Shown piece by piece: positions 9,365 through 18,880 of a stretch of 64,000 nucleotides of DNA. The notes below the pieces were generated by a model. That model was not told where the DNA came from. It was given only the letters and a program-made list of their open reading frames with translations, and ran no database searches. Made by a program: the position numbers and the translations under genes. The stretch is from NCBI GenBank assembly GCA_963706955.1, contig CAVPOC010000008.1:192001-256000 (forward strand), read 5' to 3'. Position 1 is the first letter of the stretch; each line of letters begins with the position of its first letter. The DNA is from an uncultured Verrucomicrobiae bacterium. GTDB taxonomy: Bacteria > Verrucomicrobiota > Verrucomicrobiia > Chthoniobacterales > Terrimicrobiaceae.

Positions 9365-10443
9365 CGATGGAGCAGGATGCTCATGCGCGCGACGCCGTTA
9401 GCATAGCTTACCAAACCAATGATCTCCAGCACCAGCTCCCGTTCAAGTCCCTTTGCAAAACCCTGCGCGAGTTCTTGCAGTCGCCGGGTCTGATAGCGAA
9501 CCGTCTCCCTGGCGAAACTCAACACCTTGCGTTCGAAAGGGTCGAGTTTGTTGGAGGTCAGGTAAGTTAGAACGTGCTTAATCTCCGGGTCGGTCCAGCC
9601 TTCGGCGCGAAGAACTTCGGTGGCTTCGGATTCACACGCCTGACAGCCGAGACCACGGGCAACCACCGCGAAAATCAGCGCCTTGACGCGCTTTGAAGTT
9701 ATGGTGGAATTCCACCCGCCATGGAGAATCGTCGCCAGCGCGGCGCCTGCCGGCGAACCTTCCAGAGCTCGAACAATCCCGGCACCCGGACCAATCGATC
9801 CCGCCGGAAAAGGCATGTTGACCACGTAAGAGAGCGCCGTCCGGAATTCTTTTCGCGTGAACGGCCGTTTTAACCTTTCGAACCAATTTGCGTCGATTTC
9901 TTCGAGCGGGTCTGGCGGCAAAGCGAGCAGGGTGGCCAGGCGGTTACCCGCGGCATTGATAGCCGCCAGATAGGCGATCTCAGCGATCTCGAGCTGTGAA
10001 AAGCCTACGGCCTTTAATTCTCGCAGGTCGCTTTCTCCTGGGCGCGGCGCTGACCGGGAGATCTTGCGTGCGAACTCCAGAGCGGCTTGCTCCTTGTTCG
10101 TCAGTTCGTCGCCGGCAAGACTCTCTTCCAATTTTCGGATTACACCCTCGGGATATCCCAAGATCTTCAACATGCTTCGAAATGCGCCGTAGCAATGTCG
10201 ACACGAGCTATCCATCGCTACTGCCATGCTGATGAAAGCCCGCAAGGGAACGGAGATGCTCGGTGTCACCCGAGCCTCGACGAGTTGCTCCGCCTCCATC
10301 AACCAGCGAACCGGGGTAAGAAATTTTAGCACGTTCGATGCAAAGCCGAAGCGTCTAACAATTTCCCTTTCCCAGGCCGGATCCGGAACCGCCGGGAGCA
10401 AGGGAACCTCACACCAATCAATCTGCTCAAGCAACGAAGCCAT
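9358..10443 (-). CDS. Double AhpD/CMD-fold protein, copy 1 (361 aa)
   Basis: Same length as 7967..9052 and roughly 80% identical by eye; SCRHC and GCQAC are conserved. Confidence 0.75.
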   Translation of the reverse strand: MASLLEQIDWCEVPLLPAVPDPAWEREIVRRFGFASNVLKFLTPVRWLMEAEQLVEARVTPSISVPLRAFISMAVAMDSSCRHCYGAFRSMLKILGYPEGVIRKLEESLAGDELTNKEQAALEFARKISRSAPRPGESDLRELKAVGFSQLEIAEIAYLAAINAAGNRLATLLALPPDPLEEIDANWFERLKRPFTRKEFRTALSYVVNMPFPAGSIGPGAGIVRALEGSPAGAALATILHGGWNSTITSKRVKALIFAVVARGLGCQACESEATEVLRAEGWTDPEIKHVLTYLTSNKLDPFERKVLSFARETVRYQTRRLQELAQGFAKGLERELVLEIIGLVSYANGVARMSILLHRC

Positions 10444-10552
10444 TCGTTTCGTACTTAACAGCGAGCGCCGCCGGCAAGCAAACAGGAAGCGTTAATGTTC
10501 ACCGCACGCAGCGTGCATCCCTGGACCCGCGGCGCTGGCTCAAACCACGAGA

Positions 10553-10858
10553 TCAATAACTGGCATCGGGAGGGTCGATATTGGCAAACTTCACACCACG
10601 TCGCGGATCCGCCATCATCTCGGCTACAGTATCTCGCCAGGTGGCGTAGTGTGGCGTCCGTTTGTGCGCCTCCGGAGCTTCCGGCGTCCGGTACGCCTCA
10701 GAGAGAACAAAGCAGGTTGGGTCGTCGGATTGTTGAAGGACGTCGAATCGGGCAATTCCCGTTTCGTTTCGGCTCGCCTGAGCATTGGCCAACGTCGCTG
10801 CCATGAATGCCTCCACCTGATCGGGCTTAACTTTGACGTGAACGTGAACAACCAGCAT
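10553..10858 (-). CDS. ABM-family protein (LsrG/YgiN-like)
   Basis: VKVKPDQVEAF...E.G..RFDVLQ...F.L.E.Y...AHK.TPHY..WR. Confidence 0.85.
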   Translation of the reverse strand: MLVVHVHVKVKPDQVEAFMAATLANAQASRNETGIARFDVLQQSDDPTCFVLSEAYRTPEAPEAHKRTPHYATWRDTVAEMMADPRRGVKFANIDPPDASY

Positions 10859-10981
10859 GCAGCCAGGATAGCTCTCAGGCTGCCGATCGAAAGGAGAAAC
10901 TGGCGGCTAAACAGCTCCAGCTTCTTCCCAAGCCCACCGGGAGCTCTAGACGCAGCCGAGAAAACCGATAACATCGAGCGC

Positions 10982-11824
10982 ATGGCAGTGGCGGCCGCGA
11001 CGACTTCTTCCAGGCGGCCGAGCGTCCCGAAAAAGTACGGTCCCACGCGGGTTGAGCGCTGGGTCTTCGGACTCTGGACCGCGCTGGTCTTTGCGTTTCT
11101 TTACATACCGATCCTGCTTCTGATTGTCTTTTCGTTCAACAGCTCGCGTCTAAACATTCGCTGGGAGGGATTCTCCTTAAAGTGGTATGCGGCTCTTCTC
11201 GAGAACCGCGCCCTGCTGACCGCCTTTCAGAACAGCTTGATCGTGGCAGCGGTGACCACCATTCTGGCCACTCTGCTGGGCACGATGGGCGCGTGGATGC
11301 TCTACCGCTATCGCTTTCCATTCCAGCGCACGATCGGCTTTCTCATTTTCATCCCGATGGTGATCCCTGAAGTGCTCATGGGAGCGAGCTTACTGGCGGA
11401 ATTTGTCCACCTTCTTAAGCTGCCGCTTGGCTATACGACGCTCATTATTGCACACACCACTTTTTGTTTTCCGTTTGTGCTGGTCGGGATCCAGGCGCGG
11501 CTCCACGGTTTAGATCCCTTCCTTGAAGAGGCTGCCCTCGACCTGGGAGCGACGCCGGTTCAGGCCTTTCGGCTCATCATCGTTCCCTATCTCACGCCCG
11601 CGATTGTCGCCGGCGCGCTCATGTCCTTTACCCTCTCGCTGGACGAATACATCGTCTCAGTATTCACCACCGGCCCGCATTCCCAGACGCTCCCCCTCAA
11701 GGTTTATGGGATGGCGAAAGTCGGCCTTAATCCCCAGCTGAACGCCCTCAGCACGATTTTTGTCATCGCAACGGTCGTGCTTGTTTTGTTGAGTGAGCTG
11801 CTCGCTCGCAGAAAAAGTTCATGA
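10982..11824 (+). CDS. potC: Spermidine/putrescine ABC transporter permease
   Basis: FLYIPI...FSFN...GFSLKWY, EAA motif LEEAALDLGA, SFTLSLDE. Confidence 0.85.
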   Translation: MAVAAATTSSRRPSVPKKYGPTRVERWVFGLWTALVFAFLYIPILLLIVFSFNSSRLNIRWEGFSLKWYAALLENRALLTAFQNSLIVAAVTTILATLLGTMGAWMLYRYRFPFQRTIGFLIFIPMVIPEVLMGASLLAEFVHLLKLPLGYTTLIIAHTTFCFPFVLVGIQARLHGLDPFLEEAALDLGATPVQAFRLIIVPYLTPAIVAGALMSFTLSLDEYIVSVFTTGPHSQTLPLKVYGMAKVGLNPQLNALSTIFVIATVVLVLLSELLARRKSS

Positions 11825-12954
11825 AAGAAGTCGCTCGTCATGTGGTATTGCCATTTTTCGCGGTCCTCGCGCTCTTCGGTTGCGAGAAAACGCCCGCACC
11901 GCCTTCTGCCAGCCCACCGGCTACGCCCAGCCCGGCTACAGCCAACCTCGCATCGCCGGCGACCTTGCCAGCAAGCGAATCCGGCGACGCCGAGAAGACT
12001 CTCCACATTTTCTGCTGGTCGGAGTATATCCCGCAGCAGATCGTCGATGCGTTCAGCGAAGAGAGCGGCCTCAAGGTATCGGTGGAGACCTATTCCTCCA
12101 ACGAGGAGATGCTCGCCAAGCTATTCGCTGGAGGTGGCAATTATGACATTATCCAACCGAGCGAGTATGTGATCGAAGGGTTGATCAAGGAGGGCCTGCT
12201 CACCCCCATTGATCACGCGAGAATGCCGAACATGAAGAATCTCGCCCCCGAGTTTACGAACATGTCATTTGATCCCGGCAACAAATATTCGGTTCCTTAC
12301 ATGGCCGGAACCGTGGGCATCGTTGTGAATTCCGAGTTGGTTCAGGACGACATTAAGGGTTACAACGACGTCTTCCAGGAGAAGTTTGCCAAGAACATCG
12401 TCATTCTCGATGACGCGCGAGAGATCGTCAGCTGGGGACTCGAAAGTCTGGGAATTCCGGTCAACGAAGTCTCGGACGAGAATTTGGCCAAGGTAAAGCC
12501 GGTCCTGGAGACATGGCTCCCCCTCGTCAAGGTCTTCGATTCGGATAGCCCGAAAACAGCGCTTCTCAATGGAGATGTCGCCCTGGGAATCGTCTGGGCG
12601 GGCGAGGGCGCCATATTGCTCAACGAGGATGAGAAGTTTAAGTGGATCGTCCCGGCGGACGGCGCACATCTTTTTGTCGACAGTCTGGCAATTCCGAAAT
12701 CCGCGAAGCACGTGCAGAACGCCGAGTTGTTCATCAACTACGTGCTCCGACCGGAAGTGAGCGCCAAAATTTCCGAGGCGTTTCCGTACTTGAACCCAAA
12801 CGTTGCGGCGCGCGAGCTGCTTACGCCGGCGCAGCGCAAGAATCCCGCCAGCTACCCAACCGCTGATCAGCTCGCCAACATGCAAACGTTCAAGGATGTC
12901 GGCGAACAAGCCACCAAGATCGACGAACTGGTGACCTCGTTGAAAGCGCAATGA
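11821..12954 (+). CDS. potD: Spermidine/putrescine ABC substrate-binding lipoprotein
   Basis: Lipobox LFGC, Pro/Ala linker, WSEYI, SSNEEM, DPGNKYSVPY, DSLAIPK. Confidence 0.85.
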   Translation: MKEVARHVVLPFFAVLALFGCEKTPAPPSASPPATPSPATANLASPATLPASESGDAEKTLHIFCWSEYIPQQIVDAFSEESGLKVSVETYSSNEEMLAKLFAGGGNYDIIQPSEYVIEGLIKEGLLTPIDHARMPNMKNLAPEFTNMSFDPGNKYSVPYMAGTVGIVVNSELVQDDIKGYNDVFQEKFAKNIVILDDAREIVSWGLESLGIPVNEVSDENLAKVKPVLETWLPLVKVFDSDSPKTALLNGDVALGIVWAGEGAILLNEDEKFKWIVPADGAHLFVDSLAIPKSAKHVQNAELFINYVLRPEVSAKISEAFPYLNPNVAARELLTPAQRKNPASYPTADQLANMQTFKDVGEQATKIDELVTSLKAQ

Positions 12955-12955
12955 G

Positions 12956-13837
12956 ATGATAGCTTCTGATCGAGCAGCATCAAGCCAAGCCGCCGCCATC
13001 TTCAAAAGGCGTCCGGGTCTGGTGGCCTGGCTTGTGCTCGCGCCGCTGCTCGCTTGGCTGGTCCTCTTCGTCATCGTTCCAACAATCATGCTCGTCCTCC
13101 TGAGCCTCGGTGAGCAGAAGGGCCTGGGAACCGTCCATTTCACTTTCACTCTGAAAAACTATGTGCGGGCTCTCGATTGGACGTGGCTAAAGGTGTTGGT
13201 TATCTCGGTGGGATATGCCCTGGTGACCACTGGGATTTGCATGGTGATTGGCTTTCCGGCGGCATACTTTATCGGGCGTTCGTCGGAACCACTTCGCAAC
13301 GTCCTTCTCACTCTTGTGATGATCCCGTTTTGGACCAGCTTTCTGATCCGCACCTACGCGTGGATCACGATTCTAAGCAAAGAAGGGGTCCTCAATGCCC
13401 TCCTGGTCTCGGCACGAATTATTCCTGAGCCGATCGGAATTCTCTACACTCCCTTCGCCGCGGTGCTGGGATTGGTTTACAATTTCCTGCCCTTCATGAT
13501 TCTGCCGATCTACACGAGCGTCGAGCGGTTGGACAGCGCGGTAATCGAAGCGGCTTATGATCTCGGCGCGAGCCCTTTGCGCGCCTTTTCACAGGTGATC
13601 ATTCCCCTCACCCAGCCCGGTATCGTCGCTGGCGCGCTTCTGGTCTTTGTTCCCTCGATTGCCATGTTCGCGATCACAAATCTGATGGGCGGAGGCGACC
13701 CCCCGACGATCGGCGATGTCATTTACAAACAGTTTACCTCAGGCCGTAATCAGCCCTTTGGAGCTGCCCTGGGTTGTCTGCTCCTTCTCATCTTCTTCCT
13801 CTCGCTCTGGATGACCCGGCGACATCGAGCGGAATAG
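12956..13837 (+). CDS. potB: Spermidine/putrescine ABC transporter permease
   Basis: PFWTSFLIRTYAW, LPFMILPIY, IEAAYDLGA. Confidence 0.85.
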   Translation: MIASDRAASSQAAAIFKRRPGLVAWLVLAPLLAWLVLFVIVPTIMLVLLSLGEQKGLGTVHFTFTLKNYVRALDWTWLKVLVISVGYALVTTGICMVIGFPAAYFIGRSSEPLRNVLLTLVMIPFWTSFLIRTYAWITILSKEGVLNALLVSARIIPEPIGILYTPFAAVLGLVYNFLPFMILPIYTSVERLDSAVIEAAYDLGASPLRAFSQVIIPLTQPGIVAGALLVFVPSIAMFAITNLMGGGDPPTIGDVIYKQFTSGRNQPFGAALGCLLLLIFFLSLWMTRRHRAE

Positions 13838-13909
13838 GTCCTGCTTCCCCTCCCATACGTCACGCAAAATTCCCTGCACAAAAAATCGACTCTCTGGTCA
13901 ACGACAGCC

Positions 13910-15313
13910 ATGCGCAAAACAAAAATCATCTGCACACTCGGGCCCGCCACCGATTCCCCCGAAAGGCTTCGCGCCTTGATTATGGCGGGAGCAAACATCT
14001 TCCGCCTCAACATGAGCCACGCCCCCCACGAATGGGTGCGGACAGTAGTTAAGGACATTCGTAAGATTTCCACTGAGCTGGGCGTCATGACTGGCATCCT
14101 CCTCGATACACAGGGACCAGCGATTCGGACGGGCGACTTGCCAACCAAGCTCAACCTTCGACCCGGCGATATTTTTGATTTCACTGTGCGCGGCGAAAAG
14201 AGCGAGGATGTGCATTCGGTTGACGTCAACTATGAAGGGCTCGTCAACGACATTTCCGTAGGCGACGTTGTGCTAGTCGACAATGGCGTGATCCACATGA
14301 AAGTCCTTTCCAAGGACTATCATCGCATTCGCTGCCAAGTGCTCACCGAGGGGGTCCTGGGATCGCGGCGTCATATCAACCTGCCCGGAGTCAAGGTCAA
14401 CTTGCCGCCTCTTACCGAGAAGGACCTTGCCGATGTCGAACTCGGAGTCTCCGTCGGAGTTGACTACGTGGCTTTGAGTTTTTGCCGTCAAGCTTCAGAC
14501 ATCGAGGCCCTTAGACGGGTGCTCGGCGAGTTGGGTAGCCAGGCGCGAGTCATCGCCAAAATCGAGGATCAGCATGCCGTTAGCGTAATCGACGACATTA
14601 TGGAAAAGTGCGACGCGATCATGATTGCACGGGGCGACCTTGGCATCGAGTGTCCGATGGAAGAACTCCCGATCATCCAACGGCGGACGGTGATGAGGTG
14701 CATTCAGACGGGTCGACAGGTAATCGTCGCCACCCACATGCTCGAGTCGATGATCGAAAATCCAGTTCCGACGCGCGCAGAAATCACTGATGTAGCGAAC
14801 GCCGTCTTCGAGCAGGCGGACGCGATCATGCTGAGCGGTGAGACCACGGTCGGAAAGTATCCCGTTGAATGCGTGCAGGTATTTGATCGCGTCGCAAAGA
14901 GAATGGAGCAAACGGGCGGGGCGGGCTTTCACCGTGAGGCTGAGACGACAAGCATTCGCCATAAGGCCGTCCGTGCCGCGGTGGAACTGGCTAACTCGCT
15001 GCCGGACTCAAAGATTGTCGTCTTCACGCGGCGCGGCTTCATGGCCGACCACTTCAGTCAGATGCGACCGGCGCAGGCTCCGATCTATGCGTTCACCCCC
15101 AGCGAAGAGGTGGCTCGCCGTCTCACCTTGAATTGGGCGACGATTCCCATCGTGATGCGATTCGATCTCGATCCCGAGCACACTGTCGCGGAAGCAGAAA
15201 AACTCTTGCTCAACCGTGGACTTGCCCAAATTGGCACACAGCTGGTTGTTTTAACCGACATTCTCACCGGCAACGAGCGCTACGATTCCATTCAGCTGCG
15301 CCGCGTCGTCTAG
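13910..15313 (+). CDS. pyk: Pyruvate kinase
   Basis: RKTKIICTLGPA, RLNMSH, IAKIE, ARGDLGIE, DAIMLSGET. Confidence 0.97.
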   Translation: MRKTKIICTLGPATDSPERLRALIMAGANIFRLNMSHAPHEWVRTVVKDIRKISTELGVMTGILLDTQGPAIRTGDLPTKLNLRPGDIFDFTVRGEKSEDVHSVDVNYEGLVNDISVGDVVLVDNGVIHMKVLSKDYHRIRCQVLTEGVLGSRRHINLPGVKVNLPPLTEKDLADVELGVSVGVDYVALSFCRQASDIEALRRVLGELGSQARVIAKIEDQHAVSVIDDIMEKCDAIMIARGDLGIECPMEELPIIQRRTVMRCIQTGRQVIVATHMLESMIENPVPTRAEITDVANAVFEQADAIMLSGETTVGKYPVECVQVFDRVAKRMEQTGGAGFHREAETTSIRHKAVRAAVELANSLPDSKIVVFTRRGFMADHFSQMRPAQAPIYAFTPSEEVARRLTLNWATIPIVMRFDLDPEHTVAEAEKLLLNRGLAQIGTQLVVLTDILTGNERYDSIQLRRVV

Positions 15314-15332
15314 GGTCCAGGAGACGCTCGGA

Positions 15333-15983
15333 TCACGTCACCCTCGAGGAACGCCATATTCTTTTGATTATCCGCTCCGGAAAACTCGGGAGGCCATAGC
15401 CATTCAGCCGTGCGAGAAGATATCCGGCGACACAGCCGCCCAAATGAGCAGCATGTCCAATCCACGGCTCGAAACCGAGAAGCAAAAACAACAAGGATGA
15501 TCCGATGAGACCCCAAGCAAGATATTTCGCGCGCAGGCGCAAGGGGATGACGAAAAAGAGCAGCATCACGATTTGCGCCTCGGGGAATATTGTGGCAAAG
15601 GCTAGGATGACACCACAGACTGCGCCGGACGCACCGAGCAAAAGGGACCTCCCTCCGTCCAAGAGGAGTTGGGCGATTCCTCCGGCGAGCGCGCAAGCAA
15701 AGTAGAGAGCAACAAACCGGCCTGTTCCCATTACCCGCTCGACGATCCGTCCCGCAAACCAAAGTCCGGCCATATTAAAAAGCAGATGCCAGATATTCCC
15801 ATGCAAGAACGCGTGTGTGATCAGTTGCCACCAGGCGCCCTGCTCCACGCCTTGACTGCTTAAGCCATAGCGCTCCAGCAGTGTTTCGTTGAAATCGGGT
15901 CTGAGCAGCTGAAAAAGAAAAACCCCGCAGTTCACGGCGATGAGAACCCCTACCGCGCTAATCCGCCTCCCGCTTTGCGTCAT
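15333..15983 (-). CDS. Rhomboid intramembrane serine protease
   Basis: HAFLHG..HLLFNM, GASG catalytic Ser, AHLGG catalytic His. Confidence 0.92.
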   Translation of the reverse strand: MTQSGRRISAVGVLIAVNCGVFLFQLLRPDFNETLLERYGLSSQGVEQGAWWQLITHAFLHGNIWHLLFNMAGLWFAGRIVERVMGTGRFVALYFACALAGGIAQLLLDGGRSLLLGASGAVCGVILAFATIFPEAQIVMLLFFVIPLRLRAKYLAWGLIGSSLLFLLLGFEPWIGHAAHLGGCVAGYLLARLNGYGLPSFPERIIKRIWRSSRVT

Positions 15984-15992
15984 CGGCGAAAC

Positions 15993-16892
15993 TTATGCGG
16001 ATTTGTTTGCCGTGTCCAATTCCGGCGGGACAAGAACCTCCAGCTTCCCGGCAGAGAAGCCAAACTCGTATGGCAGGGTTCCAGTGAGCTCGCCATCAAT
16101 TTCCACGGGCACGGGCTCACGACTGGTCAGCCGAAGGCCCCGACTCTGAAAGTACTCGACATCAGGAAGCGCGGGATGATTGCCGAAAGCAATCGCCTGA
16201 AAATAGCGGATCAAATCCCAATGACTTCGATTTTGAAAAACCAACACATCGAGCAGCCCGTCATCCAGTCGTGCGTCCTTAAAAACGACAAAGGGACCAC
16301 CGTAGAATCGCCCGTTTCCGACGAGCACGAAGCTTCCCTCGCGTGCGGCACTATCGACCGGCTCGATGCAAATTTTCGGAGGCTGGCGAGCGGCCACTTG
16401 GGCGAGCGTCAGCAGGTAGCTCACCGGGCCGAGCACTTTTTTAGAATCCGGAGTGGTTTGCCGGACCACTTCGGCATCGAGACCGACTCCGGCGAGTTGA
16501 ACAAAATATTCGTGGTTGGCCCGTGGGAGATCGACCAAGCGCGAATAGCCCGCTTCGATCACCTGCCAGGCCTTGGCAAGATTGTTTTGGGGAATACCCA
16601 ATTCGGCGGCGAAGACGTTCATCGTGCCGACTGGGAGGATGCCAAAATGAACGGCTGCGCCTCCGATGCCATTGACTACTTCGTTGATTGTTCCGTCCCC
16701 ACCAGCGGCAACAATGGTGCCATATCCTTGGTGCACCGCGCGGGCGGCAAGGCCTCGGGCGTCGCCCGGGGAGCCGGTACTTCGCACGAGCACATGGTGC
16801 GAGAGCGCCGCAATCTTGTCGCGCAAGGCTTTGGCGCGTTCGCCGCGGGCCGCCGGATTCAAAATGACAAGGATTTTGTGCTTCTTGTTCAC
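15993..16892 (-). CDS. Diacylglycerol/lipid kinase family (YegS/BmrU)
   Basis: NPAA, GGDGTINEV, LPVGTMN, GNGRFYGG, IDGE. Confidence 0.92.
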   Translation of the reverse strand: MNKKHKILVILNPAARGERAKALRDKIAALSHHVLVRSTGSPGDARGLAARAVHQGYGTIVAAGGDGTINEVVNGIGGAAVHFGILPVGTMNVFAAELGIPQNNLAKAWQVIEAGYSRLVDLPRANHEYFVQLAGVGLDAEVVRQTTPDSKKVLGPVSYLLTLAQVAARQPPKICIEPVDSAAREGSFVLVGNGRFYGGPFVVFKDARLDDGLLDVLVFQNRSHWDLIRYFQAIAFGNHPALPDVEYFQSRGLRLTSREPVPVEIDGELTGTLPYEFGFSAGKLEVLVPPELDTANKSA

Positions 16893-16928
16893 GCTTCACA
16901 TTCCGGAAAAGTTTCGTAGCTTCCCCGC

Positions 16929-18320
16929 GTGCTCATTTTTGCCAAGCGTTTTCTTTTTATCGCCGCCGGTGTCATCGCATTGGCTGCGCTCGTTCTCCTC
17001 TGCATCAATCTCTATTTGCAATCCGGTGGCGTTCAGCAGCGCATCCGTGACTCTGCCCAACGCGCGCTTGGCGGGGAAGTCAATATCCGGAGCAGCATGT
17101 ATTTGCCTTGGAGCGGCTTTGTCATTCGGGGTATCACCGTCCCCGATCCGACAAATGCCAACATCAACTTCGCCGAGGTTGAGGCTCTGCGCATTCGCTT
17201 TGCGCTTCGTCCATTGATAGAGGGACGATTCGTAATCACCGAATGCACGGTGTTCCAGCCGAAGCTGGTTGTTCGCCAGATGGAAAATGGCGAATGGGTC
17301 ATTCCGTTGGGCCGCGAGCGCGTCGAGTTGGCAGAGGTGCCCAAGGAAGCGCCAACGACGTCCAAAAAAGGCGTCTCCTTCAAGACCGAGCTGCAAAACA
17401 TGCGGCTTCGTGGCGGAAGCATCGTCTTTCTCAATGCAAAAAACCGCGCGATCGTCAGCCTTGATAAGACAGACATCAGCGCGAAGATCGCCCCCGATCG
17501 TTCTGCCACTGGCACATTCGAGATCGGAAGGTCGGACTTCTTCGGCTCGCTCAAGCCGCGAAAGATCGGCGGCCCCTTCACCTGGGACGGAAACAATCTG
17601 AACTTTCCGGACATCCAGGGGTCGCTTGCCGGAGGCAAGCTGACGGGCAACTACCATATGCAAACTCGCGAGCAGCCCAGCTTCACCCTTGCCTTGCAAC
17701 TCTCAGGGGTCCTTCTGAGGAAGCTGGCAGAGGATGCACAGGTCGAACCAGGAAAGACGGAGGGCTCTCTCCAAGGCTCGCTCGACATGAACGGTGACCC
17801 GCGCGACAGTGCCTCCCTGAACGGGGTCGGGCACTTCGAGCTTGTCTCTGCGCAGCTCAAGCCGGTCGAGTTTTTGGTCAAGCTGGGCGAGTTGCTCCAG
17901 ATCGACGAACTTCAATTGCTTAAACTAAGTGATGCACGAATCAATGCGACCATCCAAGATGAGCGCGTGCACATTGACGATGTCACTTTAAAGTCGGACA
18001 ATCTCATTCTGCAGGGCACGGGGCCGGTGCGTTTTAATGGAAAAATGAACCTGAATGCGAGTTTGATGGTCAATCGCAAGCTTCAGCAACAGCTCAAGGG
18101 AGTGCTCAGCAGGAACTTCGTCGATTCGGAAGACCCTGAGTATCGGGAGCTTCCCTTCACGGTCACGGGCCGGGTTGACAATCCAAAAACTGACCTGATC
18201 GACAAGTTGGTCGGCGCCAAGGTGGGACAAGAGGTTGGCGGAATGTTGATGAACATATTACGCCCGAGCGCCTCGCCCAAGCCTGATAACACGAAAGAAC
18301 CGGCCACACAGGGAAACTGA
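16929..18320 (+). CDS. AsmA-like family protein
   Basis: N-terminal TM anchor, long beta-rich body, C-terminal LPFTVTGRVDNPK. Confidence 0.7.
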   Translation: MLIFAKRFLFIAAGVIALAALVLLCINLYLQSGGVQQRIRDSAQRALGGEVNIRSSMYLPWSGFVIRGITVPDPTNANINFAEVEALRIRFALRPLIEGRFVITECTVFQPKLVVRQMENGEWVIPLGRERVELAEVPKEAPTTSKKGVSFKTELQNMRLRGGSIVFLNAKNRAIVSLDKTDISAKIAPDRSATGTFEIGRSDFFGSLKPRKIGGPFTWDGNNLNFPDIQGSLAGGKLTGNYHMQTREQPSFTLALQLSGVLLRKLAEDAQVEPGKTEGSLQGSLDMNGDPRDSASLNGVGHFELVSAQLKPVEFLVKLGELLQIDELQLLKLSDARINATIQDERVHIDDVTLKSDNLILQGTGPVRFNGKMNLNASLMVNRKLQQQLKGVLSRNFVDSEDPEYRELPFTVTGRVDNPKTDLIDKLVGAKVGQEVGGMLMNILRPSASPKPDNTKEPATQGN

Positions 18321-18325
18321 ATCTG

Positions 18326-18880
18326 ATGCGCGTTATTGCCGGCGAAGCTCGCGGCCTGCACCTCAGCGCGCCCTCTCCGGCCATTCGTCCGACGATGGAT
18401 CGGGTGCGCGAAGCGATTTTTTCGAGCCTGGGCGAGGTTGTCGCGGATGCCCGGGTGCTCGACCTCTTTGCCGGTTCGGGTGCTCTTGGGATTGAGGCTT
18501 TGAGTCGCGGTGCGGCGTCCGCCATTTTCGTGGATGCAAACCCACGGTGTGCAGCATGCGTGCGTGAGAATCTTCGCCGGGCCAAGCTTGACGGTTCTGT
18601 CCAGGTGATGGATGCGCTGAAATTCGTCGAGCTCTATGCGGAGCCTGGTGGCTATGACTTGATCTTCGCCGATCCACCCTATGGAACGTCCGGAGCCCAC
18701 CGCGATTTTGGGAACGAGCTCCTTCGACTTCCTGCGCTCGCGCGCGCTCTCGGGGAAAATGGCATCTTCATCCTGGAACGGCTCGCCGGCAGTATCGAAC
18801 CTGAAATAGGATCCCTTTCACTTGTCCGTCTCCGCCGTTATGGCCAAACTGAGATCGCGTATTACACCCCGCTTGAATGA
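18326..18880 (+). CDS. rsmD: 16S rRNA m2G966 methyltransferase
   Basis: MRVIAG, RPT.DRVREAIF, LDLFAGSGALGIEALSRGA, DPPY. Confidence 0.95.
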   Translation: MRVIAGEARGLHLSAPSPAIRPTMDRVREAIFSSLGEVVADARVLDLFAGSGALGIEALSRGAASAIFVDANPRCAACVRENLRRAKLDGSVQVMDALKFVELYAEPGGYDLIFADPPYGTSGAHRDFGNELLRLPALARALGENGIFILERLAGSIEPEIGSLSLVRLRRYGQTEIAYYTPLE

